Shown: one piece after another, positions 1-9,866 of the stretch
Layout of the letters: every line of letters starts with the position of its first letter
Position numbering within the stretch: the first letter of the stretch is position 1
Source: an uncultured Clostridium sp.
GTDB taxonomy: Bacteria > Bacillota > Clostridia > TANB77 > CAG-508
Direction of reading: 5' to 3'
Assembly (NCBI GenBank): GCA_948469315.1
Contig: CAOKLQ010000002.1
Coordinates: 1,694-65,693, forward strand
Length of the DNA: 64,000 bases
Translations under genes and position numbers: made by a program
The notes under the pieces: model-generated
Told to the model about the DNA's origin: nothing
Seen by the model: the letters and a program-made list of their open reading frames with translations, nothing else
The model's database searches: none

Positions 1-124
1 TACAAAAAAGTATAAAAATCACTGAAAGAGGTTATTATAGTTTAAAAATAGAAGATTATTATGGAAATATATATAATAAAATTACAGACTTTAATATAAA
101 ATAAATAAAAAGGAGAAATTAAAT

Positions 125-313
125 ATGAAAAAAAATAAAATAATAATAGGAATTGTTATATTAATAGTTGTATTTATGGGAATAATTATTTTAAATAAAA
201 TTAATACTAAAGTAGAAAAAGAAGGAACAAATAAAATAGTAAATGAGAAATTTAATGAAAATGTAAATACAGAAGAACCAGATTCATCAGCCGAAACAGA
301 AAAAAGACAATAA
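125..313 (+). CDS. Small hypothetical membrane-anchored protein
   Basis: AGGAG RBS upstream; basic N-terminus followed by a hydrophobic helix. Confidence 0.6.
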   Translation: MKKNKIIIGIVILIVVFMGIIILNKINTKVEKEGTNKIVNEKFNENVNTEEPDSSAETEKRQ

Positions 314-424
314 AAGAATTATTACATAAAATACACAACAATTATGTTTGTTACAGAAATATTACAATTCTTGATGAATTGTAATATTTTTTTAATAAAA
401 ATGTAATAAAATAGTAAAAAGATA

Positions 425-453
425 TTTACAAAAAAAATTAAAAATGGTATAAT
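425..453 (+). promoter_or_regulatory. Sigma-A-like promoter upstream of sortase
   Basis: TTTACA-17 bp-TATAAT. Confidence 0.5.
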
Positions 454-457
454 AGTA

Positions 458-1133
458 TTGCTAATGAAATATGAAGAATTCTATAATACCTATAATAAAG
501 AAGAGAGGGAATTTCTATTGAGAAACCATTCTAAAGGTAAACATTTAAAAGAAAAACCTAAATCAAAAAAGAAAAAGATAATAGTTTTTTTCTTAATTAT
601 AGTTATAGTAATATTTTTAACAAACAATATAGAAGATGTGAAAAATATTTATGAAAACATTTATGAAAATATTTATGAAAATATTGTAGATAAAATAAGT
701 ACTACATCAGAAATTATAGATGTTGATATACCTGAAAAAATGGGTGGGTATAATGTGTTAGGAATATTAGTAGTTGATAAGTTAGAAATTCAGAAAAACA
801 TACTAGATAAAACAACAGATTCTTCATTAAATATATCTGTTACTAAATTTTATGGACCAAACATAAATGAAGAGGGAAATTTTTGTATTACAGGTCATAA
901 TTATAAAGAAATATTTGCAGATTTAAATAAATTAGAAATAGATGATACATTTTACATTATTGATAAAATAAATTCTAAAAAAGTTACTTATAAAATTTAT
1001 GATATGTATACAGTAAATCCAACTGAACTAGATTGTTTAAGTCAAGATACAAATGGTAGAAAAGAGGTAACACTTATAACATGCAATCCACGGAGGACTA
1101 ACGAGATTTATTATAAAAGCAAAAGAAGTGTAA
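458..1133 (+). CDS. Sortase (class D-like), with +1 shift at CGGA 1091-1094
   Basis: N-terminal TM, ITGHN His motif, TLITC catalytic motif; skipping C1091 gives TCNP-GGLTRFIIKAKEV*, the canonical sortase C-terminus with the catalytic Arg. Start uncertain (458, 464 or TTG 518). Confidence 0.85.
644..685 (+). repeat. 12-bp tandem repeat (NIYE x3) in sortase linker
   Basis: AATATTTATGAA/AACATTTATGAA/AATATTTATGAA. Confidence 0.7.
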
Positions 1134-1165
1134 ACTTCAAATTATAATATTTTAGGAGGAAGCAA

Positions 1166-2899
1166 ATGAAAAAAATATTTTTAAAAACGATAGCTATAAT
1201 TTTATTATTAGTAATGATATGTCCAGGATTTGTAAATGCTGCAACAATATCAATAAATAAGCTAGATGGAATGAAGGTAGATGAAACTGTAAAAGTTACA
1301 ATTTCAACGCAAAATCCTGTTTCTAATATGCAATTTGATATAGAGTTTGATAGTACAAAGTATGAGTATATACCAAATTCAGCAAAAAGTGCATTAGAAA
1401 GTACATATTCAAGCTTATGCAAAAAAGATACTGTAAGAGTTTCAGCAGTTGATTATAATGGAAAAAGCTCAAAAACAGTAACATTAGAATTTAAAGCTAT
1501 TGCTACAGGAGATAGTGTACCATTTACTGTTGGGGGTACAGTAGAATTAGGAGAGAATGGAGAGAAATTAGATAAATCAACAATAAAAGTTTCAAAAATA
1601 GAACCTGCTCCTAAAAAAAACAATGATATTGAGAATTTAAAAGAAGATAGCAAATATATTAGTGAAGATGGAAAAGAAATAAAATCTCTTCCTCAAACAG
1701 GAAATACTAATATAGAAAATATAAAATCACTTGGAATTTATACAAGATTAATACTTGAAGAAAATCAAGGATATAAATTAATAGTTCCATATGCACTTTC
1801 AAATAGTGATCAAACAGTTTCAGTAAATGATATAAAAAATGAATTTGGAGAGATAACAACAAGTGCAACAAATCTTGTAAAAACTGGTGATACATTTAAT
1901 AAAAATGGAAATAAATATACAGTTATAGTTTATGGAGATTTTAATGCAGATGGAAGAATAACTACATTAGATGCTTTAGAAATAGGAAAATATACATTGG
2001 ATGATGCAACAAATGCCTATACTAAAGAACAAATAAAAGCAGCAGATGTAAAAAATGATGGAAAAATTACAAAACAAGATGGTGAAGCTATACAAAAATT
2101 TATTGTAGGAAATGGCACAATTATAGATAATAAACCAGCTAAAGTAGTAGGTATAACTCAAAATGGTACAAGTGCTGTTAATGGAAATTTATCAAAAACT
2201 TTATATACCAAAAATACTAATCAAGCAAAACAATATAATGGTCTATTATATACAATAATACCAATTCAATTAATAGATGAAAAAGGGAAAACCTCAAAAA
2301 TTTTAAATAAAGATATAAATACAGATGCAAACAAGAACAATATTGGAACAGTTTCAATTCTTGAAAAGGATTATGAATCAATTACAACAGCTGATATATC
2401 GGTTATAGGATGGGTTTCAAATGGACAAGGTGGATATGAGCCAAATAGTGGTGCATATCAATCAATAGATGCAATTGGAATTGCTATAAAGACAAATGCT
2501 CCTAACATACCTAATATGGGAGGAAGTTCTAAAAATAGATTAGAAAAAGGTTTAGTAATAAAATATGATGGTATAGATGCTAATGGAAATGTATGTCGTA
2601 AAAATACTACAATAGATATTACTGTAGATGATACTGATCCACAAATAGAAACTACTATAGAGAAAACTGACAAAACATATACAGTAAAAAATTCACAAAC
2701 AAAAAATAGTGTTCAAGAACAAAGTAAAGATAACAAATCAAATACAGACAAAGCTAAACAAAATGAAGAAGAAAAAAATAATACAACAAATAATAATACA
2801 ACTAACAATACAACTAACAATACAACTACTACAAATATATTAAAAAACACAAATTTGGCAGAACCTAAAGTTGTGGAAAATAAAACTTCTGAAAAATAA
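1166..2899 (+). CDS. Secreted protein with cohesin-like domain, internal LPQTG and dockerin-like domain
   Basis: Signal peptide; cohesin-like segment (MQFDIEFDSTKYEY...TLEFKA); duplicated Ca-loop dockerin motifs GDFNADGRITTLD / ADVKNDGKITKQD; T/N-rich tail. Confidence 0.7.
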   Translation: MKKIFLKTIAIILLLVMICPGFVNAATISINKLDGMKVDETVKVTISTQNPVSNMQFDIEFDSTKYEYIPNSAKSALESTYSSLCKKDTVRVSAVDYNGKSSKTVTLEFKAIATGDSVPFTVGGTVELGENGEKLDKSTIKVSKIEPAPKKNNDIENLKEDSKYISEDGKEIKSLPQTGNTNIENIKSLGIYTRLILEENQGYKLIVPYALSNSDQTVSVNDIKNEFGEITTSATNLVKTGDTFNKNGNKYTVIVYGDFNADGRITTLDALEIGKYTLDDATNAYTKEQIKAADVKNDGKITKQDGEAIQKFIVGNGTIIDNKPAKVVGITQNGTSAVNGNLSKTLYTKNTNQAKQYNGLLYTIIPIQLIDEKGKTSKILNKDINTDANKNNIGTVSILEKDYESITTADISVIGWVSNGQGGYEPNSGAYQSIDAIGIAIKTNAPNIPNMGGSSKNRLEKGLVIKYDGIDANGNVCRKNTTIDITVDDTDPQIETTIEKTDKTYTVKNSQTKNSVQEQSKDNKSNTDKAKQNEEEKNNTTNNNTTNNTTNNTTTTNILKNTNLAEPKVVENKTSEK

Positions 2900-2943
2900 A
2901 TAATATAAAAATAAATAGAAGAAGTTTCTATAAAAAATTATGC

Positions 2944-2990
2944 AGAGCCTAAGATTTTCATATGTTAGAAAATTAGGCTCTCTTTTTTTT
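2944..2990 (+). terminator. Rho-independent terminator
   Basis: AGAGCCTAA...TTAGGCTCT stem followed by T tract. Confidence 0.7.
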
Positions 2991-3076
2991 CATTATTTAC
3001 TAAAAACTGTTGTAAAAAAAGTATTTAATTGATATACTATATTTACCTAATAAAAAATATAATAGGAGGTATTATT

Positions 3077-3505
3077 ATGGAAGAAAATAATAATGAAAAT
3101 TTAAACGAAGAAATATTAATAGGAGAAGTTGAAACTCAAGATTCGATAAAAATAGCAGATGATGTTGTAGCAGTAATTGCTGGAAAAGCTGTATCAGAAG
3201 TACAAGGTGTAGCTTCAATGGCTGGTGGTTTTGCTGGAGGAATTACAGAAGTATTAAGTGGAAAGAAAAATTTAGGAAAAGGTATTAAAGTAGAAGTTGG
3301 AGATAAAGATACAAAAATAGATGTAAATATAATAGTAGAATATGGGACAAGAATACCAGATATAGCTTTTGAAATTCAAAATAGAGTAAAAAAAGCTGTT
3401 GAAAATATGACAGGTCTAAAAGTATTAGAAGTAAATGTGCATGTTCAAGGAGTTCATACATCAGGAGAAGAAATATCAGCAGAAACGCAAAAAACAGAAG
3501 AATAA
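3077..3505 (+). CDS. Asp23/Gls24 family envelope stress protein
   Basis: IKIADDVVAVIAG...GIKVEV...EYG...VENMTGL.V.EVNVHVQGV; GGAGG RBS before ATG 3077. Confidence 0.92.
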   Translation: MEENNNENLNEEILIGEVETQDSIKIADDVVAVIAGKAVSEVQGVASMAGGFAGGITEVLSGKKNLGKGIKVEVGDKDTKIDVNIIVEYGTRIPDIAFEIQNRVKKAVENMTGLKVLEVNVHVQGVHTSGEEISAETQKTEE

Positions 3506-3522
3506 AAAACGGAGGAAAAAAT

Positions 3523-4071
3523 ATGAAATTTTTAGAAAGAATATCACTGACAATATTTTCGGTAATAATGCTAGTAATATCAGTAATTAATTGTTTATTG
3601 ATATTTGGATGGCTAAGACTTGGAACAATAAACACTTTTATAACAGGTATTCTAAATAATTCAGCATATTCAAATACAATACTTGCAATTTCAGTAATAA
3701 TTATTTTACTTTCAATTAAATATATTTTCTTTAATTATTCAAATGATAAAGATATAGCAAAATCAGGAAATGGAATTTTACTTGAAAATGATAATGGGAA
3801 ATTAATGGTATCAAAAGAAACTTTAGTAAACATAGTAAATGGAGTTGCAAAGGGATTTGAAAGTACTCAAAATGTATTAACGAGAGTGACTTTAGATAAG
3901 CAGAGCAATTTAAAGATATTTGTTGAATTATATGTAGAGCCAAATGCAGTAATAAAAGAATTATCAGCAAACATACAAACAAGAATAAAAGAACAAATAA
4001 AGAAAACAGTAGATTTAGAAGTAAAAGAGGTAAACATTAAAATAAAAAACATAGCAACGCAAAATCAATAA
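3523..4071 (+). CDS. amaP: Alkaline shock membrane anchor protein AmaP
   Basis: Two TM helices plus Asp23-like C-terminal domain; asp23-amaP-DUF2273-nusB synteny. Confidence 0.8.
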   Translation: MKFLERISLTIFSVIMLVISVINCLLIFGWLRLGTINTFITGILNNSAYSNTILAISVIIILLSIKYIFFNYSNDKDIAKSGNGILLENDNGKLMVSKETLVNIVNGVAKGFESTQNVLTRVTLDKQSNLKIFVELYVEPNAVIKELSANIQTRIKEQIKKTVDLEVKEVNIKIKNIATQNQ

Positions 4072-4162
4072 ATAATATAGGGGGGCGATTGTGTATCGAC
4101 CTGTAAACATATAAACCAATTATAATCAAATATATACAAAATAATTATCTGGAGGTAATAAT

Positions 4163-4366
4163 ATGGATGGATTTAAAAACTTTATGTCTGAATTTGGAGG
4201 AGCACTAATAGGGGCAATAATAGCAATATTAATTTTATGTACAGGACTATTTAAACTAATTATAGGGATAATATTAATAGTATTAGGAATGTTTATAGGA
4301 AACTACGTACAAAAAAATAAATATGAAGTAAAAGAAAAGCTAAAATATTTTATAGATAGAATGTAA
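4163..4366 (+). CDS. DUF2273 small membrane protein
   Basis: GALIGAIIAIL..GLFK..LG.FIG; synteny. Confidence 0.75.
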   Translation: MDGFKNFMSEFGGALIGAIIAILILCTGLFKLIIGIILIVLGMFIGNYVQKNKYEVKEKLKYFIDRM

Positions 4367-4378
4367 TAAGGAGGACAT

Positions 4379-4783
4379 ATGAATAGGTCTGCAAAAAGAG
4401 AACTAGCATTTAAATTAATATATAGTCTAGAAATACAAAAAAGTTCAGATAAAGAAACAATAGATGTATTTATAGAAAATAATTGTAATAAAGACAAAGA
4501 AACTAAACAATATATTTTAGATATTTCAAAAGGAATAATTCAAAACAAAGATATAATAGAAGAAAAAATAGCTAAAAATTTAAAAAAGGACTGGACAATA
4601 AATAGGATATCTAAAATAGAACTTGCTATTCTTAAACTTGCAATATATGAAATAAAATATGAAGAAGAAATTCCTTTTAAAGTTTCAATAAATGAAGCAG
4701 TAGAGCTTGCCAAAAAATATGGAGAAGACCAATCTTCTTCTTTTATTAATGGAGTTTTAGCAAATATAATAAAGGAAGATTAG
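4379..4783 (+). CDS. nusB: Transcription antitermination factor NusB
   Basis: R..RELAFK, W...[26 protein letters not shown]. Confidence 0.96.
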   Translation: MNRSAKRELAFKLIYSLEIQKSSDKETIDVFIENNCNKDKETKQYILDISKGIIQNKDIIEEKIAKNLKKDWTINRISKIELAILKLAIYEIKYEEEIPFKVSINEAVELAKKYGEDQSSSFINGVLANIIKED

Positions 4784-4804
4784 AAAGTAAAAGGAGCTTA
4801 AATA

Positions 4805-5993
4805 ATGAGACCAGAACCAATTAGTGTAACTGAGCTTAATAAATACATGAAAAATAAAGTAGACAATGATGAATATTTAAACAATGTACTTGTAAAAGGA
4901 GAAATTTCAAATTTTAAGCATCATTATACAGGACATATGTATTTTACTCTAAAAGATGATAATTCTTTAATAAAATGCATAATGTTTAAAAGTTATACAG
5001 CAAATCTTAATTTTGTGCCAAAAGATGGAATGAGTGTTATAATATTTGGCACAGTTTCTGTATTTGAAAGAGATGGAGTTTATCAAATTTATTGCAAAGC
5101 AATGCAAGAAGATGGACTTGGAAACTTATACAATGAATTTGAAAAGCTTAAACAAAAATTAGAACACGAAGGATTATTTGATGAAAAGCATAAAAAGAAG
5201 CTACCTTTATATCCAAAAACAATAGGAGTTTTAACATCTCAAACTGGATCAGTTATAAAAGATATAATAAATGTATCTACAAGAAGAAATCCAAATGTAT
5301 ATATAAAATTATTACCAGTACCAGTACAAGGAGAGGGAGCAGCTATAAAAATTTCAGATGCAATTAAAACTATGAATGAAAGGCAATTAGCAGATGTTAT
5401 AATAATTGCAAGAGGAGGAGGCTCTTTAGAAGATTTATGGCCATTTAACGAAGAAATAGTTGCAAGAGAAATATATAGTTCTGAAATTCCAATAATATCA
5501 GCAGTAGGTCATGAAACAGACTTTTCAATATCTGATTTTGTATCAGATTTAAGAGCACCCACACCATCAGCTGCAGCAGAACTTGCAGTTCCAGATGTAT
5601 TAGAATTAAAAGAAAAACTAGAGTTATTAAATAGAAGATACAAAATAGCTTTACAAAGAGGACTCGATTTAAAAAGATTAAAACTAGAAAAATTTATGAC
5701 AAAATCAGTATTTAAAGAGCCTATACAGAAAATAAATGAAAAATATTTATATGTAGATAAACAATTAAAGAAAATAGAAAATATAATAAAAATAAAACTA
5801 ATACAAAGTAAAGCTAATTTTCAAAACACAGTTCAAAAACTAGACAATTTAAGTCCACTAAAAACACTCTCAAGAGGTTATTCAATAATAGAAAAAGATG
5901 GACAAATAATAAAAGACAGCAAGAAGCTGAAAAAAGGGGATAAAATAAACATAAAATTATACACACGGAAATACAAATGCACAAATAATATAA
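4805..5993 (+). CDS. xseA: Exodeoxyribonuclease VII large subunit, with +1 shift at CGGA 5966-5969
   Basis: GEISNFK, GHMYFTLKD, RGGGSLEDLW, SAVGHETD, RAPTPSAAAE, LSPLKTLSRGY; shifted end KLYT-GNTNAQII* resembles the usual XseA terminus. Confidence 0.95.
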
Positions 5994-6015
5994 TAAAAAA
6001 TAAATTAGAAACTAA

Positions 6016-6047
6016 CGTTTGGGTCGCGCTAATGGGCGACCCAAACG
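6016..6047. repeat. GC-rich palindrome (REP-like or terminator) after xseA
   Basis: CGTTTGGGTCGC-8 nt-GCGACCCAAACG perfect 12-bp stem. Confidence 0.6.
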
Positions 6048-6101
6048 AACATAAAAGTATAACAAATCAATGTCCAATGATAAAAAAGAAAGGAAAACAA
6101 A

Positions 6102-6284
6102 ATGAGTAAAAAAATAGAAAATGCAAATATAATAATAGTAATAATATCAATCATATTATTGGCTATAATTTCAGGAGTAACATTATATGAATATAAACAA
6201 GCAAACAAAATAAATAAAACAAATGAAATACAGGGTAATAGTTATTATAATGATGAAAATGAAATTATAAATGAACTGATATAA
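6102..6284 (+). CDS. Small hypothetical membrane protein
   Basis: AAGGA RBS; single TM helix. Confidence 0.55.
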   Translation: MSKKIENANIIIVIISIILLAIISGVTLYEYKQANKINKTNEIQGNSYYNDENEIINELI

Positions 6285-6328
6285 AATATAATAAATAGAA
6301 AAGTAAATTTATTTATATAGGAGGATAT

Positions 6329-6550
6329 ATGGAAGAGAACATAAATTTTGAAAATGCAATCAAAAAATTAGAAGATATTGCAAATGAATTAGAAAATGGA
6401 GATTTACCATTAGAAAAATCAGTAGAAAAATTTGAAGAAGGAATAAACCTTTCAAAAAGATGTAATAAAATTTTAGAAAAAGCAGAGAAGAAAATTTCAA
6501 TACTAATTTCAGATGGAGATAAATTAGTAGAAGAAAATTTTGAAAATTAA
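6329..6550 (+). CDS. xseB: Exodeoxyribonuclease VII small subunit
   Basis: FE.A..KLE.I..ELE.G.L.LE.S...FEEG..L...C...L..AE.KI. Confidence 0.95.
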   Translation: MEENINFENAIKKLEDIANELENGDLPLEKSVEKFEEGINLSKRCNKILEKAEKKISILISDGDKLVEENFEN

Positions 6551-6572
6551 AATAAAGGGGAAGATTGAAAAA

Positions 6573-7014
6573 ATGAATTTTATACAACAAATTATTACTA
6601 ACAAATACATATATGTACCATTTTTATTATGGTTTTTTATACAATTATTTAAAGTAATATGGGATTTGTTCGAAACAAAGAAATTCAACTTTAAAAGAAT
6701 AATGGGAGCAGGAGGTATGCCAAGCTCTCATTCAGCAGTAGTAACATCACTTACAACATTAATTGGAAAAAATGAAGGATTTGCAAGCTCAATATTTGCA
6801 CTATCATTAATATTTGCATTTATAGTAATGTATGATGCAGCAGGAGTAAGAAGAGCTGCAGGAAAACAAGCAAGATTATTAAATAAAATAGTAGAAACAC
6901 CAGGATTAACTCGGACTTCAGGTAACAGAAAAACTAGTAGAGGTGTTAGGTCATACACCAATGCAAGTATTTGTAGGAGCATTAATAGGAATAATAGCAG
7001 GAGTAATACTATAA
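6573..7014 (+). CDS. DUF212/YuiD divergent PAP2 family membrane protein, with +1 shift at CGGA 6912-6915
   Basis: GGMPSSHSA, VMYDAAGVRR.AG.QA; the +1 frame supplies the conserved L.E.LGHTP.QV..GAL.GI tail (146 aa total). Confidence 0.9.
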
Positions 7015-7147
7015 AAAATAAAATCAAAAAATGTAGGAGGTCGATGTTAATTTGTTACTCACAACTAGAACATATAAATAAATTAATATCAAAAAGATGT
7101 AAAAATTGTAATTTATATAATCGTACAATAATTAAGGAGGTATATAA

Positions 7148-8809
7148 ATGACAGACATTGAAATTGCAAGAAATGTTAAACCACAATCAATAGAAAAAAT
7201 AGCAAAAAAATTAAATATAAAAGAAGAATATATAGAAAATTATGGTAAAAATAAAGCAAAAATTTCAAATGATATTTTCAAAGAATTAGAAAATAAGCAA
7301 AATGGCAAATTAATTTTAGTAACATCAATAAATCCTACTCCATTAGGAGAAGGAAAAACAACAATGTCTATTGGAATAGCAGACGGATTAAATAAAATAG
7401 GGAAAAGTGCAATGCTTGCTTTAAGAGAGCCATCTTTAGGACCTGTATTTGGAATAAAAGGAGGTGCAACAGGAGGAGGCTATTCACAAATAATTCCAAT
7501 GGAAGAAATAAATTTACATTTTACAGGAGATATGCATGCAATAACATCTGCAAACAATTTACTTTCAAGTTTAATTGATAATCACATATATTATGGAAAT
7601 GAATTAGAAATAGAAAAGGTTACATGGAAAAGATGTATGGATTTAAACGAAAGACAGCTAAGAAAAATAGAGACTGGGCTTTCAGGAGAAAAGACAATTG
7701 CACCAAGGCAGGACCAATTTCAAATAACAGCAGCATCAGAAATTATGGCAATACTTTGTTTATCAGAAGATTTAAAAGATTTAAAAGAAAATTTAGGAAA
7801 TATTCTAATTGGTTATAATAAAGAAGATAAGCCAGTATTTGCAAAAGACTTAAATGCTGTGGGCGCTATGACAGTTTTATTAAAAGATGCAATAAAACCA
7901 AATTTAGTACAAACTTTAGAAGGAACACCTGTATTTGTTCATGGTGGACCATTTGCAAATATAGCACATGGATGTAATACTATTATTGCAACAAAAATGG
8001 CCTTAAAACTTTCAGACTATACAATAACAGAAGCAGGATTTGGAGCAGATTTAGGAGCAGAAAAATTTTTGGACCTAAAATGTAGAAAAGCCAAATTAAA
8101 GCCAAATGCAGTTGTTTGTGTTGCAACATTAAAAGCACTAAAGTATTATGGTTGTGTAGAAAAAGAAAATATATATGAAAAAAATATAGAAGCTTTAAAA
8201 ATAGGTAGTAAAAATTTATTAAAACATATAGATAATTTAAAAAACAAATTTGGAACAAACGTAATTGTTGCAATTAATAAACATATAAAAGATGATAAAG
8301 AAGAAATAGAAATATTAAAAGAAATTTTAAATAAAGAAGATATACAATTAAGTTTAGTTGAAAGTTGGGAAAAAGGTGGTAAAGGAGCAAAAGATATTGC
8401 TCAAAAACTAGTTGATTTATGTGATAAACAATCTAAACTAAATTATATATATAGTTTAGAAGACAGTATAAAGCAAAAAATAGAAAAGGTTTGCAAAAAT
8501 ATATATGGAGCAAAAGATATTGAATATACTGAAGAAGCTTTTGAAGATATCGAAAAAATAGAAAATATAGGTTATAGTAATCTTCCAATTTGTATTGCAA
8601 AAACACAATATTCTTTTTCAGATGATCCTAAAAACTTGAAATGTGAAAAAGAATTTAATATTAATATAAAAGAAGTAAGAGTAAATGCAGGAGCTGGATT
8701 TATAGTAGTTATAACAGGAAAAATAATGACAATGCCAGGACTTCCAAAAGTACCTGCTGCAAATAATATAGACATAGATAAAGATGGAAATATAGTTGGA
8801 ATATTTTAG
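7148..8809 (+). CDS. fhs: Formate--tetrahydrofolate ligase
   Basis: PTPLGEGKTT, REPSLGP.FG.KGGA.GGG, VHGGPFANIAHG, TEAGFGADLGAEKF, MTMPGLP. Confidence 0.97.
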   Translation: MTDIEIARNVKPQSIEKIAKKLNIKEEYIENYGKNKAKISNDIFKELENKQNGKLILVTSINPTPLGEGKTTMSIGIADGLNKIGKSAMLALREPSLGPVFGIKGGATGGGYSQIIPMEEINLHFTGDMHAITSANNLLSSLIDNHIYYGNELEIEKVTWKRCMDLNERQLRKIETGLSGEKTIAPRQDQFQITAASEIMAILCLSEDLKDLKENLGNILIGYNKEDKPVFAKDLNAVGAMTVLLKDAIKPNLVQTLEGTPVFVHGGPFANIAHGCNTIIATKMALKLSDYTITEAGFGADLGAEKFLDLKCRKAKLKPNAVVCVATLKALKYYGCVEKENIYEKNIEALKIGSKNLLKHIDNLKNKFGTNVIVAINKHIKDDKEEIEILKEILNKEDIQLSLVESWEKGGKGAKDIAQKLVDLCDKQSKLNYIYSLEDSIKQKIEKVCKNIYGAKDIEYTEEAFEDIEKIENIGYSNLPICIAKTQYSFSDDPKNLKCEKEFNINIKEVRVNAGAGFIVVITGKIMTMPGLPKVPAANNIDIDKDGNIVGIF

Positions 8810-8827
8810 AAAATTCAATAATTTATT

Positions 8828-8976
8828 AAAAATGTTATTATATTTTTACGTGGTAACAATTCGGGGGGACCAACAAGTTACAAGCTATAGGGATTAGGAA
8901 ATTTAGACTTCAATTTTTTAATCCTTATAGCTTGTTAGCAGTTGGGAGTTACAAGTAAAACATATAATAACATTTT
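8828..8976. other. About 150-nt nested inverted repeat (ncRNA- or MITE-like)
   Basis: Outer AAAAATGTTATTATAT/ATATAATAACATTTTT and inner ACAAGCTATAGGGATTA/TAATCCTTATAGCTTGT stems. Confidence 0.5.
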
Positions 8977-9066
8977 TTGATATAAGAAAATTAATTTTGT
9001 ATAAAAACACCAATTTTGGATAAAATAATTTTAAAAATATTTTATAAAGAATAGGTGTTTTTTATT

Positions 9067-9768
9067 ATGAAAATAAGAAAATTTGTAAACAAAAAGCGAA
9101 GTTTAATAGCAATTTTAACTTTATTAATAGGAATATTATTAATATATAATATATTATTTACAAATAATGAAGTAGAAGCTTTATCTAAATATGGTTCTAG
9201 AGGAAGTGAGGTTACACAAATACAAACAAAACTAAAAAGATGGGGATATTATAATGGAAATGTAGATGGTATATATGGAACTCAGACTGTTAATGCAGTA
9301 AAAAGTTTTCAAAGAAAAAATGGTCTTGCAGTAGATGGAATAGCTGGTAAAAAAACATTAGAGGCAATGGGAATATATAGTTCATCTAGTTCTTCAAGTT
9401 CTTCATCTACAAGTTCATCAAGCAATGTAACACTACTTGCAAGATTAATATATGGGGAATCGAGGGGAGAACCCTACACAGGACAAGTAGCAGTTGGAGC
9501 AGTAGTATTAAACAGAGTAAAAAGTAGTTCTTTTCCAAATACAATGTCAGGAGTAATATATCAAAAAGGAGCATTTGATGCAGTAAGTGATGGCCAAATA
9601 AACTTAAATCCAGACAGTACATCAAAAAAAGCAGCACAAGATGCAATAAATGGGTGGGATCCAAGTTATGGATCAATATATTACTTTAATCCTGCAACTG
9701 CAACAAACAAATGGATATGGTCAAGACCACATACTGTAACAATAGGAAAACATAGATTTTGTAAATAA
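9067..9768 (+). CDS. sleB: Spore cortex-lytic enzyme SleB
   Basis: Signal peptide, PG-binding domain (GSRG.EV..IQ..L...GY..DG.YG), poly-Ser linker, Hydrolase_2 (LARLIYGESRGEPY.GQVAVGAV.LNR). Confidence 0.93.
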   Translation: MKIRKFVNKKRSLIAILTLLIGILLIYNILFTNNEVEALSKYGSRGSEVTQIQTKLKRWGYYNGNVDGIYGTQTVNAVKSFQRKNGLAVDGIAGKKTLEAMGIYSSSSSSSSSSTSSSSNVTLLARLIYGESRGEPYTGQVAVGAVVLNRVKSSSFPNTMSGVIYQKGAFDAVSDGQINLNPDSTSKKAAQDAINGWDPSYGSIYYFNPATATNKWIWSRPHTVTIGKHRFCK

Positions 9769-9834
9769 TGTAAAACAAGTACAGTCCATAATTGATATAT
9801 TTTGTTCTTTTTGAGATATACCTTAAAATTATAA

Positions 9835-9866
9835 AAATAAAAGCCATGTAACGATGGCTTTTATTT
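9835..9866. terminator. Bidirectional terminator between sleB and ppaC
   Basis: AATAAAAGCCAT-loop-ATGGCTTTTATT. Confidence 0.8.
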
